DNA of 64,000 bases from Candidatus Hydrogenedentota bacterium. GTDB lineage: Bacteria > Hydrogenedentota > Hydrogenedentia > Hydrogenedentales > SLHB01. The stretch lies in the NCBI GenBank assembly GCA_963668025.2, contig CAXXTH010000010.1:1360456-1424455 (forward strand). The letters run 5' to 3'. Each line of letters begins with the position of its first letter. The stretch's first letter is position 1. This document shows, one piece after another, positions 63,375 to 64,000 of the stretch. The translations under genes were made by a program, and so were the position numbers. The notes under the pieces are model-generated. The model did not search any database. It saw only the letters and a program-made list of their open reading frames with translations, and was not told where the DNA came from.

Positions 63375-64000
63375 CCCATCGTGAGCGCGCTATCATGGCG
63401 CTGGAAGGCGGCCAGCCGGACTATGTGCCCCATTTTGAACTGGCGTTTCACGAAACGGAACGGGATTTCGATGGACGCACTTTTTTCGGCGCACCCGGTT
63501 GCCCCTCTTTCGATTCCGCACCTTACGAACAAGCTATTAATCATAATGCACAAATGTATATAGATATAGCAAAGAGATATGGACACTCGATCATTTGCTT
63601 AAATGCGACAAAGCCGCAGATATATCCAGATTTCGTTCATGCCATGGCCAGCTTGGTTCGCATCATTAAAGAGAAAACCGGCGATGAATATCTTGTCTTA
63701 TGCCATGGAGATGCGACATATGCCATACCTAGCGGCATGCAGATGATCGAGTTCACCAACCGTATCGCTGAAGACTATGATGGGCTTCGACGTGAAGCTG
63801 GGCAGCGCGTTGCCTCCAAGCTGAATGACTGCAAGCGTTTGATCGATGCTGGCATGGATGGGTTTACGTTGTGTTCTGATTATGCGTTCAATTCCGGCCC
63901 CTTCCTGTCTCAGGATATGTTTGCCGATTTAGTGGCGCCCTATCTCAAGCAATTGGTGCATGGACAGCGGGAAATGGGGGCCTATGTCATCAAGCATACA
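63371..64000 (+). CDS. Uroporphyrinogen decarboxylase-family protein (5' part, runs off the window)
   Basis: ATGA overlap with GH38; hand-translated open frame MTHRERAIMALEGGQPDYVPHFEL...SDYAFNSGPFLS...IKHT. Confidence 0.85.
   Translation, partial: MTHRERAIMALEGGQPDYVPHFELAFHETERDFDGRTFFGAPGCPSFDSAPYEQAINHNAQMYIDIAKRYGHSIICLNATKPQIYPDFVHAMASLVRIIKEKTGDEYLVLCHGDATYAIPSGMQMIEFTNRIAEDYDGLRREAGQRVASKLNDCKRLIDAGMDGFTLCSDYAFNSGPFLSQDMFADLVAPYLKQLVHGQREMGAYVIKHT

Overview
Bacterial chromosomal window of moderate-to-high GC, visibly more AT-rich after ~52.4 kb. The gene content would fit a PVC-like or Hydrogenedentota-like carbohydrate degrader, but this is inference only. In order: two secreted hypothetical proteins; a long minus-strand sugar-acid gene run (UxuB-like SDR, HAD, PdxB-like, LarA-family epimerase, divergent PPi-type PfkA, Gnd, D-2-hydroxyacid dehydrogenase) interrupted by two HEPN-MNT pairs and by an unannotated 46-aa Cys/Trp peptide gene coupled to a truncated, divergent pyruvate-kinase-fold gene; GH63; class V aminotransferase; UROD-family protein; a 1085-aa secreted GH-like protein; macrodomain-gyrA-DUF2442-gyrB, with DUF2442 flanked by a 38-bp duplication of the gyrB 3' end; a TetR-HlyD-ABC exporter; SDR; ECF sigma/anti-sigma; B12 radical SAM; RfbE-like epimerase; a Wsp-like chemosensory cluster; and a glycan-utilisation-like cluster (SSS transporter, FG-GAP, beta-helix, tandem-domain protein, a GH38 lacking the canonical nucleophile, UROD-like). 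Several paired inverted REP-like repeats lie in intergenic regions. No rRNA, tRNA, CRISPR array, transposase or integrase was seen. All calls come from motif recognition by eye; no searches were run.
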